Source: Gemmatimonadota bacterium (lineage in GTDB: Bacteria > Gemmatimonadota > Gemmatimonadetes > Longimicrobiales > Gaopeijiaceae). From it: a stretch of DNA of 64,000 bases. The notes below the pieces were generated by a model, which saw only the letters and a list, made by a program, of their open reading frames with translations, was not told where the DNA came from and did no database searches. The stretch lies in assembly GCA_040905325.1 (NCBI GenBank), contig JBBDRS010000038.1, positions 68,801-132,800 on the forward strand, given 5' to 3'. Below are positions 63,768 through 64,000 of this stretch, piece by piece. Both the position numbers and the translations under genes were made by a program. Every line of letters begins with the position of its first letter. Position 1 is the stretch's first letter.

Positions 63768-64000
63768 CGGACCCTGCCCCCCCGGTGGTCGACGACTTCA
63801 TCGGTCACACTCCGCTCGTCCGGCTCCGCCGCGTCGTGGAACCGGGGATGGCGGAGGTCTGGGTGAAGCTCGAGGCGGCGAACCCCGGAGGGTCCATCAA
63901 GGACCGGACGGCGCTCGCCATGGTCCTCGATGCGGAGGAGCGGGGCCTCCTCTCCCCCGGAGACACGATCGTGGAGCCCACCTCCGGGAACACCGGGATC
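63764..64000 (+). CDS. cysteine synthase / cystathionine beta-synthase-family PLP enzyme (partial, runs off the window end)
   Basis: Own translation from GTG 63764 gives [25 protein letters not shown]...[23 protein letters not shown]...[11 protein letters not shown] (PLP-lysine motif and TSGNTG loop). GTGA overlap with the LLM stop. Confidence 0.8.
   Translation, partial: MTDPAPPVVDDFIGHTPLVRLRRVVEPGMAEVWVKLEAANPGGSIKDRTALAMVLDAEERGLLSPGDTIVEPTSGNTGI

Overview
This is a visibly GC-rich bacterial chromosome segment (roughly two-thirds G+C by eye, not computed). The organism is a diderm: the window carries an RND/TolC efflux operon, a TonB-like protein and predicted outer-membrane barrels. Lineage cannot be assigned from sequence alone; RNase Y plus zapA-pheST synteny in a high-GC diderm makes a Gemmatimonadota-like organism a guess only. 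Layout: (i) 1-9.8 kb is accessory DNA. It holds an IS481-family IS whose transposase carries an in-frame TAG. Next to it is a compact ~7 kb integrative element abutting tRNA-Cys/tRNA-Gly: integrase, XRE repressor, RHH, Prim-Pol, AAA_25 helicase, iteron array, TerS-like and excisionase-like HTH. (ii) 10-29.7 kb is a co-directional minus-strand housekeeping block: recN, nadK, dxs, ispA, xseB, xseA, folD, rny, zapA, pheT, pheS, rplT, rpmI, infC, thrS. (iii) 29.7-44.2 kb is an envelope/accessory block. It contains two paralogous outer-membrane proteins, an HExxH lipoprotein, a frameshifted lipoprotein gene, a chimeric ORF, an orphan ABC ATPase set, a ChaC-like::Rof fusion and a 301-bp MITE-like element. 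(iv) 44.4-51.3 kb is a TetR-TolC-MFP-RND efflux operon. (v) 51.4-54.5 kb holds miscellaneous genes (AI-2E transporter, ArfB, rhomboid). (vi) 54.5-61.1 kb is a translationally coupled metH / Hcy-MT::MTHFR / MTHFR-like operon with a structured leader. (vii) 61.7-64.0 kb is an ATP-grasp / LLM oxidoreductase / cysteine-synthase-like operon with its own terminator-containing leader. The best candidate for an undescribed system is the phage-satellite-like (PICI/P4-style) island at ~2.4-9.7 kb, with its putative iteron origin. Two caveats on the ORF track: the first residue M often stands for GTG/TTG, and many long R/P/G-rich ORFs are antisense shadows typical of high-GC DNA. All homology calls come from reading the translations and recalling family motifs; no searches were run.
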